A stretch of DNA of 64,000 bases, taken from assembly GCA_965637545.1 (NCBI GenBank), contig OZ281501.1, forward strand, positions 17,484,001 through 17,548,000. The letters run 5' to 3'. Made by a program: the position numbers and the translations under genes. Shown piece by piece: positions 26,701 to 39,378 of the stretch (the stretch's first letter is position 1; every line of letters begins with the position of its first letter). The DNA is from Phallusia mammillata. Its lineage: Eukaryota. The notes below the pieces were generated by a model. The model worked only from the letters and a program-made list of their open reading frames with translations. It searched no databases and was not told the DNA's origin.

Positions 26701-28124
26701 TTAACTATTAACATTGTTGGAAAAATTTCTAACTACAGTGGTATGCACGACTTTGTGTTTGTGTCCAAATAACGCAGTAATCAATCAATCAATTCTGGTA
26801 ATTTATATCGGTTTCTGAGTGAGGGAGAATGCTTTGTAGTCGCCGTTGGTTGTTTGTCTTGGTTCTTTGCCTTCGCGTGGCAAGACATGTTTGTCCAACT
26901 TATTTAGGCTTTGTAGAGACAGGGACTTTTGTAGGAGTAGAGTTGGCAGGCTATGTTTGCATTGTGGTGGGAAACATGCGAGGAACGTGCAGCAAGAATC
27001 GTGTCCAACACTCGTACCCGTTGCCCACCCAGTGCGCCTAACAGTGTTGGGTTACAAACACACAGAGCTTCGTAAAATGACAAATCCAACAGCGTTTTTC
27101 AGGTAGCAGTTACGTTGTTCCTATTTTTGCAGTTTTATGGTGATTTGTCGAGGGTTTTAGGGGTCTAGTGTGTACCATGGGGCGTGCAGATGCAAGTGGC
27201 CAATCCCAGGTGATTCTAAACATAACCTGTTTGCCCCAAATCTGTCACGAAGTTCGTGAAACGGTTGGAGAGGGGGAAGGCGATTAGGTTTCTAAGCGTT
27301 GTAAAACTGTTCCGTATTGTCCCCGAAATAGATGCACTCGAAATAGAGGCTTGTTTGTTGAAAGCATAAAAAGTTTAGACAATTTGTATCCATTGGAGGG
27401 TTTAGAAATCGTTGCTGTGGCGTATGCATTTGCCCGGATTTAGTAATCATTTTTTTTTCTGGCTGGATGAATATTTCCTTACAAACAGATATCTTCTCAA
27501 GCAAATTTTATCTCTTTTCTGCTGTCAAATACATAGTCTTCGACTCTTCGACATGCTGTTGTGTTTTTCGTTCACTTGCCTTGCAATTCCCAAACAGGTC
27601 ATGGATACCATTTTCAACCTGGTGTTGTATTTAGTTTTTGTGTCTATTCATATGCTGTCTGCACTTGTTCAGTTACATAGTAAGTTTCAGCCGTTTTTTT
27701 TAAATAAATATGAAAACAACGATCAAAACAAATAATAAGCAAGCGGATGATCGATATAAAAACGTGCATTGACCGCAATAAATAAGACAAACAACAAACG
27801 TATAAGACGACAAAATTGGCGTTGTGGGACATAAAAAAACGAGTTAATAGAAATAAATAATGTAAAAAACATCACACGTAAAAAATTGAACTTCGTCAGT
27901 AATGAATTCGCCATGTTTTTTTGATGCCCAGAACCAAAGTCCCGTTGCTTCAATTGTTTGTTTGCTGGCTGTGTTTTGGCGAAAGGAAGGCAAGCAAAAG
28001 CGCGTAAAGTGTGCTAAGATAACATAAGTCTCATCTCGAAACTGATGACGTCATCACCACCACTCTGAAATGACGCAAAGTATTTCGGAAAACCACTTTA
28101 AAGCATGGACAGGTTGCAGTTCGT

Positions 28125-30202
28125 TTAGTTCGTGGGCAAATTCTCGCAATGAGATACATCTGTTTGCCCTTCAATGAACGCTTTAAGTTGGCAGTTCTTT
28201 TTGGGGTTGGTTTGCGCCCATCTGTAATGCAAAAAATAGAATAAAAAAGATACTCATGGCATACGCACCACAAAAAGAACCTGACAGAAGTGGCGAAAAT
28301 ATATTTTTGTAATTTATTTGTTGGATTTTTATCCTAATATTTTTGTTTTCCAGATATTTTTTCAAAAACATTAAATATAATCATGTTTTTTAAAGTGTAT
28401 TAAAATCTCCACCTTACGCTATGTATTTTTTACGCTACACGCTTTTAGTCATGGTATTTACTACATTTCCGCCACCAAGCGACGAAACGTAATGAAAATA
28501 GCGATCCTAACGTTTTGGACCCAATCAAGCCCATTTGACGCCCCATTTACCGTAAACAATGATCCAATAGTATTCCTTTATTGGTTGTCACACCCTAGAA
28601 GGCAACTTATTGTTATTCTTTGCGTTGGCAACTCAAATACTTTATAAATACTTGTGCGTATTGAAACTGTGTACCACAGGTGGCTACTCTAGAAATGTTT
28701 GTGGTGTCAAATTTGATTGCTCCTCCCAGAATTAGCCCTCGTCCTTTTGCTAATATCATCCCATGCTTTGTGTCGTTTGTTTAAACGTTTGTTTTGCGCC
28801 TCCCCCACGCTCGGGGTCATAAACCGATTGACGTGGGCATATCGTACAAGACCATGTTTCGCAATATGATTACACTGTTGGGAAACCTTCATATAATGGC
28901 GATCGAAAATGGGCGTATAGACACTTCCAAATTTGGTATTGCGAAAGAATTTCTGACATCATATAAAGCTATGTTGTCAATTTTGGCTTTGCGACCATAG
29001 TTATTAATCTTATTTGTCTCCGTGAATCATACTATAGTCATACTAAAAATCATACTATTTCTTTAATTATTTTTCAATAATATGTTACGATTTTTTTTAG
29101 AAAAAAAAAACGCTTTTGAACTAAAATTTATTTCAATAAAGGACTGATGATGCCATTTATGCCATTTTCAGTTAAAACGCTATGAATTCATTTTACTTCG
29201 CAGTTTGGCACATATCGTTTTTGTTCAAGCAAACAAACTATATTGTTTTACTTTAGGGTTTTTTAAATGGAATTCATGTTACTTCGGAAAAAAAATTTCT
29301 TACTAGGAATTCTACAATCAATTTATTTCACTTACTCCGCAAATTTGGAGAGAATCTGATCGAGTCGCGAATCAAGCACTTCCATTAAAATTTCGGAACC
29401 TGCGTAGGATGATAATAAGCGTTTCGAGGCTCTCTTGTGGTGTCGCCTGCCGTTGTTCATTTCGTGAAGAAATTCTCGCTCGATTTGGCGAAGAAATTTT
29501 CGTTCTTTAACGTGGTGCGGCTGCAGGACCTTGATTCTACAAACAGAATGAATTGTTTCAGATCTTTTGTCGTTTTTAGTTTATTTTTTTGTAGACAAAA
29601 TTATTAAAGAACACGCAATAACTATTTCATTTTTATTAAAGATGTACAAAATATTCCGTTTGCTGAGTTTATTCGGCCGAATTGGTAATTTTCACGAAGA
29701 TTTCGTTTCGGCCGAATAATTAGGTGTAATTCGGCCGATTCCGAACCTCTTACGAACACAGACTTATCGCGTTAAACATGTCTTTTCTGCGTAACAAGGA
29801 ACCACACAATGTTTTTAATCGCAATAACGCAAATGTAGTCCAAGATTTTTTGTTTATGGGCTACAGATTTCGTTATTTTGTTGTGACAAAAGAAAATTAA
29901 CTTACAATTCCGACAAAGTGGTCAGCATACTGTTGGTGTCAGTTTGTGATGATTCTGCAATATCTTGTTGATGACTTGACCTGTCAGTAAATAAAACACT
30001 CTTGTTAAACTACATAAACCACCAAAATTCACAGAAAAATGTCATAGAATCATGTAACACCTATTACAAATTGTTTTTTATGTTTCTTCTCAAGAACTTT
30101 TTAACTTTTCGGCATACTAACTTACCGTGAGACTGGTGACGCAGAACAATAAAGTATAGATGCAATAACAAATACGAAAAGCGGGAGCCACGTTGTCGAC
30201 AT
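28125..30202 (-). CDS. Secreted peptide precursor C (149 aa), PTH/glucagon-superfamily-like
   Basis: Exons 30202-30126, 29980-29906, 29536-29336, 28221-28125; all donors gtaagt, all introns phase 2. Protein: MSTTWLPLFVFVIASILYCSA-SPVSRSSHQQDIAESSQTDTNSMLTTLSELIKVLQPHHVKERKFLRQIEREFLHEMNNGRRHHKRASKR-LLSSYAGSEILMEVLDSRLDQILSKFAEWAQTNPKKNCQLKAFIEGQTDVSHCENLPTN*. Confidence 0.85.
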
Positions 30203-30612
30203 TTTAGTTGCTTTTGTATTTTGCTTTGAATCAAAATGTCTTTGTATATTGCTTCAACAATGTTTCAGAAACAAACAGTATTTCAATGACAAAATGTACT
30301 TTCGCAATAACACAATCTGCAAAAAAACATGATGTTTGATCACAATGGTATTTTATAACTTTTTTGCGTCACAGCTACTTATTTATCGATGTATAAGAAG
30401 TGCCCATTCGGTAGAAAAAATTTATCGATAAATGCAAAATCTCTCTTTAAGCATTCAACGTGCAACCTGGTTCGACGACAGCGACAACAGTCACCTAAAC
30501 AACTATAACAGCGAAAAGTCGAATCTGACTTGAATATTTACAACTACACGTAAGCAAGCGTTGGTTTCAACTATCGCTACAGCTTCTACCAATCTCGGCC
30601 CAGGCTTGTGCC

Positions 30613-30619
30613 TTTTATA
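30613..30619 (-). promoter_or_regulatory. Probable TATA box of precursor gene C
   Basis: TATAAAA on the minus strand about 410 bp upstream of the ATG. A strong acceptor (tttttttgcag, 30317) precedes the ATG exon. E-box CACGTG and GTGATGTCAC motifs lie just upstream. Confidence 0.5.
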
Positions 30620-32840
30620 TCCACCCAACGCCACGACACGCCTACCGCAGAATCACGTGACCGCGTATCGCCTTTCTCGAAACAGAACCATTGACTGCAC
30701 CTTCCGTGAACGCGCGCGCTGTGTTCTCGCTTGAGTAAACACACCTGTGAGCAAAAGGCGATGACGTTTTACGATTTGAAATCCTATCGGTTATGGCGAA
30801 GGGATGTCGCAATGACTTGTGATGTCACAAAAAGCTTTGTGACTTGTTCTTTGCGTGGAAAGGTTCCTTATCTGATTTGGAAAAAGTAAATTGTCAACAC
30901 CATGAGTCGTAGATTAAACTTACCCGGGCCCCCATAAGCTTACAGTTGCGACAATATCTCGTCAATTGATCAAAATCAAGTAACTATCAAATCAGATACG
31001 AGTTTGTTTAGTCTGGAGGTTTAATGCTGTCTTTCTCACCATACTTTCACATGTGCAATTCAAACCGCCTCTCGTTGAAATACCGCCGGATTCGCTTCTC
31101 TAGCTCGTTGCGGTGTATCTTTGTGAATGCTATAAAGTGACCAAAACACATTTAAACCGTTTTTTAACATAATACATCGTTTTGATTTTTGTTTTAGTCC
31201 AACAATTTGGGCTAAATTTACTGTTTTGCTGTGAGTGTTAGTTTACAAACTCGCTACCCACTACGAATGCAACACATTTTTTTATTACTGTTTGTGTTAT
31301 GATACTGCTTTTTTGATATTGTTAAACCGTTGAGATATTTCAACATGGTTTTGTATCAAAGAATTAGGACAATGTAAGCCGATTCCTGTTTGTTGAAGAA
31401 ACATGTCTACATACACTTGTCGTAGTTCAACTGCACGTGAACGTGGCGCTCTGAAACGCTACATCAATTCAGCTTACTGTGACTTGAAACGAACCCGTCA
31501 GGAAGAGATAACCCCTCTGGTCTTGCGATCATGTTTACATAATAAATGTCACCCAAATTTTACTTAATCCGCAGCCCAAACAGCCAAGTTCCGCTTATTT
31601 GACACAATCTCAAGCGAAATCTGCACCCCTGGGCAAATCTGCAAGTTTTTGACTTCGTTCCATTTCAGGGAATTAAATGTTTACGCCTTTTTGGTCTGTG
31701 AGTTGGCTGGGATGGCCTGATTGGTATGTTTTGTGCATGTTGTCGTTAACTCTAAACACAGATAGTTTAGTATGGGAATTTATATTTTGTCAGTCTCAAA
31801 CATGTTTGGGACCAAATGTTTTGCGGTACAAACGGTCTTGCATGTATCAAAGGTAAAAATGCTCTATTTGATCCCCGTTTTAGTCGTGGGGGCTATTATC
31901 TATATTTGCAACAAAAACCTTTAAATACAACCCTTATTGTATAGATAGAACCGATTTGTACTCGAGACCTTCATATAAATGTTGTGTTCTTTCACGTTTT
32001 TGTGAAATTTGAGCGGGAAGCCGTATGTGTTATTGTGCATAATTTGGCCTGTATCTTCTCTCTGCCTATGACGTTTGCCTTTTGAAGAAATTCCACACCC
32101 TTAAACCCTTAATGACAGACATCCTAAAAGTGTAGCATACCTTCCGGGCGCAAATGTTGGCTCTTTCTCTTGAAATTGCGTCTCGAGTGTATTTAACACC
32201 TCGTTGTGGCGTTCTCCATGGCATAGGTGGTCTTCTCCAAAGTGACTCATTTGAAGCCATGCTTTGTGCTTATATCCTTATGACGTAGATTGCACGTAAG
32301 AAAGGCCTTTGTCTACTCAATGCGTTAGCCACAATTGATGCTGTCGTCCACCGGACATGCTTTCCATTTAGTCACGGCTTCTTAAGGGCCACGTCAATTT
32401 CAGGATTATGATTTTTTCTCATGAGTCAATCTTCTATATTCTTCAGCCCACGCGAAAGCTGTCAAGAGCAAGGCCGAGTGGGGATTAAGTGAGGAAATTC
32501 GCGTGATATGAAACTTGTTGATACCGCTAAGAATTTTTGAGTCATTTCCAACTGTTGTTTGTCTCCTTACATTAAACCAACGTCCTAAAAACTTGTGAGG
32601 CCAAAAATGCGTTTTCTGTTTTACAGATTCTATTTGAGTAAGAGACTTACAATGTACACAAAGTAAATACGTATGTATATCTTTTTGAAACAGTTTGTTT
32701 GCTGACTTTTTGGAACAGTTTGTTAATTGCTTCAGAACTGATTTTAGTAATGAACATATGTTCATGTTGTCTTCATTATAATTGTTTCTTGTTCATTATT
32801 GCAAATCTTTGTACCTAGTTTTGTCGTTGGTGGTTTAAAG

Positions 32841-33182
32841 CAGTGGTTCTAAACCTTTTAAGTTTGAGGACCGGTAAACTTTCAAAACAAATTTTGCGGA
32901 CCGGTGGACTTTCAAAATCAACCCAAAATGAAATCACGACAAAAATATGCAATTCAAAAGAAGTATGAAAAATTCAATTTAATAAGAAGTTGCTGGTATC
33001 TGTTTGATATCATCAATGTTAAACGCGGTTCTAATGAAGTTTCTGCAAGGCGAAGTAGAGCGTTGACTTCCACACGATTTCTCTGTCTTCAACATCTTGC
33101 ATTTTGCAGTTAAGATATAAAATTGTAATATATTTGGCGGACCGGCAGGAAAATTGACGTGGACCGCGGTTGAGAACCACTG
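32841..33182. mobile_element. hAT (Charlie-like) MITE, 342 bp
   Basis: TIR CAGTGGTTCT(A/C)AACC; degenerate 8-bp TSD gtttaaag / gtttactg. Confidence 0.8.
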
Positions 33183-34854
33183 GTTTACTGTATAGAAGAT
33201 TTATTAGGAAAACATGCTGTCAGGCACATCAAATGGGGGTTATATTGCTGCAAAACGGCATTTCTAGTTTGGATAACTTTGGTACAAGTTGTAGCTTACG
33301 TTGCAAGTACAAAGGTCAGTAAACAAAGTTGCTTACTCTGCTTCTCAACCACAAATCTGCGGGTTCACCCTTTTCAGCTTCTTTAATCATGTTTTGGTAT
33401 TGCGCAACTTTACTCCGGTGTTGTTTACTGCTTATACATGTTTGAACACAACGCCAACAGCTGACTCTGTATTGCACTTTAGCCTTTAACAACTTCGTTG
33501 TGGTAAATTGTGTTGTAACTTAGGGGAATTACAAACCCGATTGCCGACTTTCTAAATTCTCTGCATTTTTTTCTTTAAAGAAGTTTTTCATAATGAACAA
33601 ACAACCGTTGGTGTTTAAACGCAAACATTCGCTTATTTCAGAAACCCAACAGACTTTCCGATAAAACAGCAAAATATTGGGCGGGTGTGGGGGATAAATT
33701 GTTTACTATTCAATGAACATCTACCAATTTCCAATTTTAAGCCACAGGCAATAAATAATTCAAACGTGCTCATTTTTTTCAAATGTCCCACCGCAAAAGT
33801 TTGATGTTGTTTGGACATTTCGCCGTTTTGCGTTGTCGTTTTTGCATTCCTTTCACCTATATTAACCACACATGTCAGAATATGTAGGAATGTGTTTTCA
33901 ACACGTGTCAAAAAACTTTACAAAACAATACAATTCAAGCAGAAACAAATATTACTGTTTCACTTGTTTTATTGATCAAGCGATTTTCTCTGTTTTTCAC
34001 ACGTTTCTTTGATCGTTAAAATGATGATGGTGGCCCTTAATTGTCTCGTACGTAAAAGGTTCGAGGTTTCCTTAATTTTAAAAAAATGTTCATCGCAATT
34101 TTGGCACTTTTGTTATCATTTGAAAAGTTATGGCAAGAGTACGTGAGGTGCAACGATCTACAACATGAAAGCTGATGTTATCTTTTGTTTAAGGAAGTGA
34201 TTTTAAACGGACATTTTGACCTTTGCAACTTGAATGTGTTTCCATGTCGAAGCATGTGGTATCAATATTAAATTTCCGTTTCGTAATCTGATTTCTCGCA
34301 AACATCAAAAACATCACGCAGCTTAATCTTTCAGAGGCAATGCGTGAAATATTAGATATTCCTTAAAACTCCAGTTTAATTAGATATCCATTCGGGGTTT
34401 TAAGCCATTTTTGGACAAAATGGTTAAAGCTAAATAATTCTTAATAGTTTTCCGAAGTGTTTTAATTCGGTTTGTTGATCGTGTTGTTGTTGTTGTAAAA
34501 CCATATTTACTCGAATTAAAAACGCGTTTTGATTGAATGTAAAGATCAAACACCTTCATTACAATGCAGATGGTGGGTTTAATTAGATCCTTCGTGTTGT
34601 GGCAAATCCGCGCCTATCAAAAAAAGGCGCCACGGAGTGAATTCGTTGCTTTTGCTTACTGGTATAAATGCACACAAATATTAACCTTATTTAAATATCG
34701 GGTGGATTTTTCAATGGATAAGACTTTTTTTGGATTACTGTAATCAAGGCTGCAGTTCTAAAGTTCAACTCCAAAACCTTAACGAAACCCGTTTTTTACA
34801 AAGCAAAACCCTTATTGGGCACGAACATTTATGATATTACGGCACAAATGATAC

Positions 34855-35000
34855 TGAGTGTAAAGTCAGGCCCGATTCAAGCCAGTTATATTTAAACTCA
34901 AACTTGAACCCTACTCTACTTTCAAGGCTGACCAGAAATTCCTGTAAAGAATTTTCTCGTCGGTGGTTCAGCCCGTTATAAGTTAGCGGCATTGTTTGAA
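34855..35000. repeat. Degenerate fragment of the 50347-50738 MITE family
   Basis: gagtgtaaagtcaggcccgattcaagcc matches gagtgtaaagttaggtccgaatcaagcc near 50637. Confidence 0.6.
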
Positions 35001-36950
35001 ATTTTGCAAGGATGCAGTGGTAGATCTTATCAAATAATCAAACCATTCGTTTAACCATAAGGGTTTTCTCTCAGCAGACGATTAATATCTTTCTCATGCT
35101 GGGTTCGATTGTAAACACAGTATCATGTTAATGCAGTTCGCATGTTTGTTGTGCTTACGCTGATATTGGAAGACACTTAAGACTTCGCCAAGACTCGGAT
35201 GCACTCAAATTCGGGTTCGGCCTATATGACGAAACAGCAACTCTTTGTGATGTCACTGCGTGTTGGGTCTTGACGCAATTTTGGAAATAAGACTTCTGTG
35301 TTTGAAGTTTGTCTTGTTTGTTTGTGAAACTGTGTTAATGTTTTACGTTCTGTTTAACATACTGCGTTTAGTGATTGACGTCAACAGGGTCTAAGAAACG
35401 TTACAAACATTCTCACGTTGGTTTCTTCACAAATTTTTCGAATGAGAACAAATTCAATACATTCCTTGTGTACTATTGTCGAAAGATTTTCAGCAAACTA
35501 CATGAGCAGTAATTTGAACCAGGATCCAAAAAGTTGCTTTTAGTGTCATACAAATTCACAGAATCACCCAGAACAACTTGTTCTGGGTCAAAACACCCTA
35601 TTTTCGGTCAGTTACTACACTTTCGACGAAACCTTGTTCTTCGAATTCGTTGATGGTCCTAACTTCACAAGCCCTATTGTCTATTCGTGTCAAACCTATG
35701 AATCACCGAAAGATGATTTGTTAAGCAATTTATCCTTGTTTTTGAAAGCGACTGCTGCTTAATATATTACTGGCCAGTTTTATGGGTAACAGGTGCGAAC
35801 ATTTGAAAATTTGTACTGAAACTTTTATCGACCGCCCAATCTCTGACTTGCACTGCTGATATGACGTCACAATACGTTATTATTTGCTAACTTGTGAGTC
35901 ATTTGATTCTTATCTGCTGTTTCCGAAATACTGACCTAATGTTTTTGTGCCGACACAGACAGAATGCTTTACAATTTCTGTTTGACAAAAATTAATTTGT
36001 GACCATTATTTTTTCTACATATATTTTTAGCTGTTATAAAAGTGGCATCCTATTTTTGAACAAACAGGTATTTTGGCTGAAAACGTTGTGCCTTTCTTAA
36101 CATTTATGGCTATTTTAGGAGTTTTTGAAAGCAAAATTTTGATAACTGTTCGCCAATCGCCTGTACTTATGGTCCTTTGCCCCTAAGTCATCGACTTATA
36201 ACTCAATCATTATCTGCCTTACATAATCGAGCGTACAATTAATATGTGGAACATTCATTACAAAAATGTAAAGGCAAATCGACAGATCTATTCCGAATTG
36301 ATATTTCCATTCAACGTGTTAAGATACTGCAAGTTTGCGTCTAAATTTTGCAGTTAAATGGAATTTGTTTATTTGCACAAGGGTAACATGAAGTAATTCC
36401 AAACACCAATAAAAACCACTTTTGGGAACTGATCGCTTTACAATAGTTGCAATCAACACAGAATACGAAAATCAGGTAAGAAAAAAACAAACAAGGTTTT
36501 TATCATGAAACAGACGGAAACAAACTGGAAATAAATGACAAGTAGTTAAAGCAAGATGTCCATGTTATACGAAGTCAATGGGAAACGTCAGTCTTCATCT
36601 GCAAAGCCTGAAAACTTCCATTAAGTCATGCACAGTCCGAACGCGGGGAATCATTTCATCAAGACAGGGCGAGGATACACCGACGCTAAAAAGATAGATA
36701 TAATTTCGTTAGATTTAATGTTCTTTGAGATAATTGCAACAACATTAAACTGAAATTTGACGGTTATACAATCAAGTGTATTAAAATTTGGTTGTACAAA
36801 AATATTGTTCCACATTTTCAATGCCGATAAATTATTATCGGTTGCATTTACACCGTTGAAATGTGTTTTATCACTCCGTTTGTATCTATTGGTAGCCGCA
36901 CAGGCTTTTGTCGCTGTATTAGAAATTTTTGTTTCAAGATTTGCCATTGT

Positions 36951-36989
36951 CCTGATGAAGGTGTCTTTTATGGGATGTCGGAACGTCGG
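36951..36989 (+). ncRNA. Degenerate minimal hammerhead motif, Penelope-like remnant
   Basis: CCTGATGAAG-GTGTC ttttatgg GATGTC-GGAACGTCGG; same layout as 6122-6161 but GAAA changed to GGAA and stem II weakened. Confidence 0.45.
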
Positions 36990-38880
36990 TTGTTCATAAT
37001 AAAACTGCTGGAAGAGCAATACTCGTTTATTAAGTATAAATAAACGAGTGGCAGCAAAAGCTTATTTATTCACGTTTAATTTGTCGGTTTGTGGCAAATA
37101 AACCTATTTTGTTTGTTCAAACTGGAACGCTATGGCTGAATAGGATTTAAAGTTCCATTACTAATGGATTAAAAATCACGTTCACAACTCATCAATCAAT
37201 CGGTTGTGTACCGCAAAATTTGGCACTTCGCGGCAATCTTGGAATCTAACATTTGCAGTAACTATGTTTTGCAGCTATTTGGTTTTTGCTACGGTTTACA
37301 GCAAGTATCAAAGACATCAAAATATTTTCGCTGCTTCTGATTATCTTTATGTGTTTGTGTCATAATTGCATTTATCTCTGTTTGCCCATGTATTTTTATG
37401 TCTAAAAATTGAGGGGATACTGATAAATCTTTCTTGAGGATCAAAACAGCCTTGTTCGAAAATTTGACAAATTGCAGTGTTTGTTCACTTTAAAAATTCG
37501 CTATTAAGGTAACTTTGTCTTAGCGTGAAAATCGCTTTCGTCAACAGTTTGGCATTGTTGCACCAAAGTAACCCATTGGTGTGTTGACCACAATGAAGTT
37601 AGTGTTGGTTGAGTCTGCCATGTGCGACAAACATTATGCGCTGATAACCATCAGATAGCTTTTGTTTATTTGTGTTTACCGAACCTTTCACTGCCTTGCA
37701 AAGCTTTCACGAGTCCTGTTGATCCCAGACGACCCGATCTTGCGGATTTGATTGCGTTTGTTGATGGTTGATTCGCGGGTGCAAAAAATGTTTTTCCATA
37801 CACTACCGTGCAGCACGTAACCGAAACTTCGATTTTTGTAATCAGTTTTTTATGCAACGTTGCGAAATTTAGTAAAAAAGCTAAGGTAAATTGCACACAA
37901 GGCTATGACCCCAGGTCGTTTGCAAATTGAATGTTGTTTTAGCTGCACATTTTTCACAATTGTTTTAAGTGCGCATTAAAAGCTTCGCGTGCAGTTTGCG
38001 TTATCCTATTTTCTCCACTATTTGCCAGAGCAATGACAATTCCAATGTGGTATTACATTTTCTAGTTGCGGCCAAACCCTTATGATTAACCCCATGGTCG
38101 CCCATGATTGTAGTGTGACAGCAAATCACATTGGCGACAAGCTGCAAACGTTTGTTTTGTTGGTCAAGGTAATCTACTACGATTTTGCAGCAAAGAACTT
38201 GTTTACTAGAGAAACGCACCGCGCCGCAGCCCAGCTAAAATCTGTATGCTAACAAACACACGTGAATTGATGGTAAGCAAAACAACACAAATTACATGAC
38301 TGGACGTTTTTTCCTGGTGTAATTTCTCCACCAGATAACACAAGCTCACCAGGTAGCCGCCCCATTAGCTTATCCCCATTTACAGGTCACTGACCTTAGG
38401 GTTAATGTATGAAACTTGGCTTGATGTGCGATACCATCTCGTTTTATTCGGAGAACAGACACCTTGAGAATGATTGACGTTTTATCAGGTCACTGGCGTC
38501 TTTGTTGTGACCGCGTCCTGGCTTTATTGCATTTAAATTTGCTGATGATTTGCGCGGGATTTTATTGCGTTCGATGTGCCAGTCGTGGCAGTAAAATACC
38601 CCGACCACTGTAATTGGTCTACAGTCTGGCCTGGCGTCCGTTATGTGAATATATAGAACCGGGTGATTTACTGATGTACTTATTGTGACATTGAACCCTC
38701 CATAAAACGTTTTGAACAAAAGGAGAAATTGACCAAACGCAAACGAAGTGTCTATTTTTACCTTAATGTATCGTTTTTTGACCCCATTTGGCCGCCATAT
38801 TGCTATTTTGTTTTGTCAACGTGGCAAAAAGCTATAACGTCATCTGTTTTACAATTCTGACATATACATTTGCTCTTTTG

Positions 38881-39075
38881 TAGAGTTGTAAGTCGGGTTG
38901 GGCTTTTCGGGTCGGGTTTTGGCTTAAGTTTGAATAAAACGGGCTTGATTTGGGCCTGACTTTATACTCGGCCTCATTGATGTTGCAATTTCACCAACTT
39001 TTAGGCCTAATTCGGGTTTCGTTTTAACAAAAAATCGGATTTGAGGACCCCAAATCAGGCTTGAAAATCTGCTTT
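38881..39075. repeat. Inverted partial copy of the 50347-50738 hAT MITE
   Basis: tagagttgtaagtcgggttgggcttttcgggtcggg is close to the reverse complement of the right end of the 50.7-kb element. Confidence 0.7.
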
Positions 39076-39378
39076 GCTGACCGATCGAAAATGTCGTTTG
39101 AACTATTTGGAGATTTAAAACTGATTTGTCGCGTAACGAGTCACTCGCGTTTATCTGTTTGGAAAAAAAATCGCCCCACTTGCTTCTTTGACCAAATAAA
39201 CCGTAACAAAAACAAGGCGTAAACGAATCCGTAAGTTGTCAGCTTGTGTGTGTGTGTGAGACATTGTACAAATAATATGGACAAAATCGCGTAAAACATT
39301 TTTCATTCTCTCGGTGTGTGTAAAAAAAACTTATGCTTCGTGTATAAAGACCCCGGTGGTAAACGTTTACCTTTAGGC

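Noticed and set aside
28060-28165. Alternative frame LREFAHELNELQPVHALKWF, TIP39-like
   Set aside because: Frame has upstream stops and only a weak acceptor; the region is explained by gene C's last exon and 3' UTR in another frame.
31030-31131. Minus-strand acceptor with FTKIHRNELEKRIRRYFNERRFELHM*
   Set aside because: No upstream exon or family assignment could be supported.
34087-34140. Plus-strand MFIAILALLLSFEKLWQ with donor gtacgt, a possible signal exon
   Set aside because: Lacks a signal c-region, and nearby acceptors lead to immediate stops.
36651-37019. 122-aa minus ORF with YKR-SDKTHF…LSALKMWNNIF that loosely resembles the secretin family
   Set aside because: No signal exon or matching splice pattern found; it overlaps a plus-strand degenerate hammerhead/Penelope-like remnant, so it is probably incidental.
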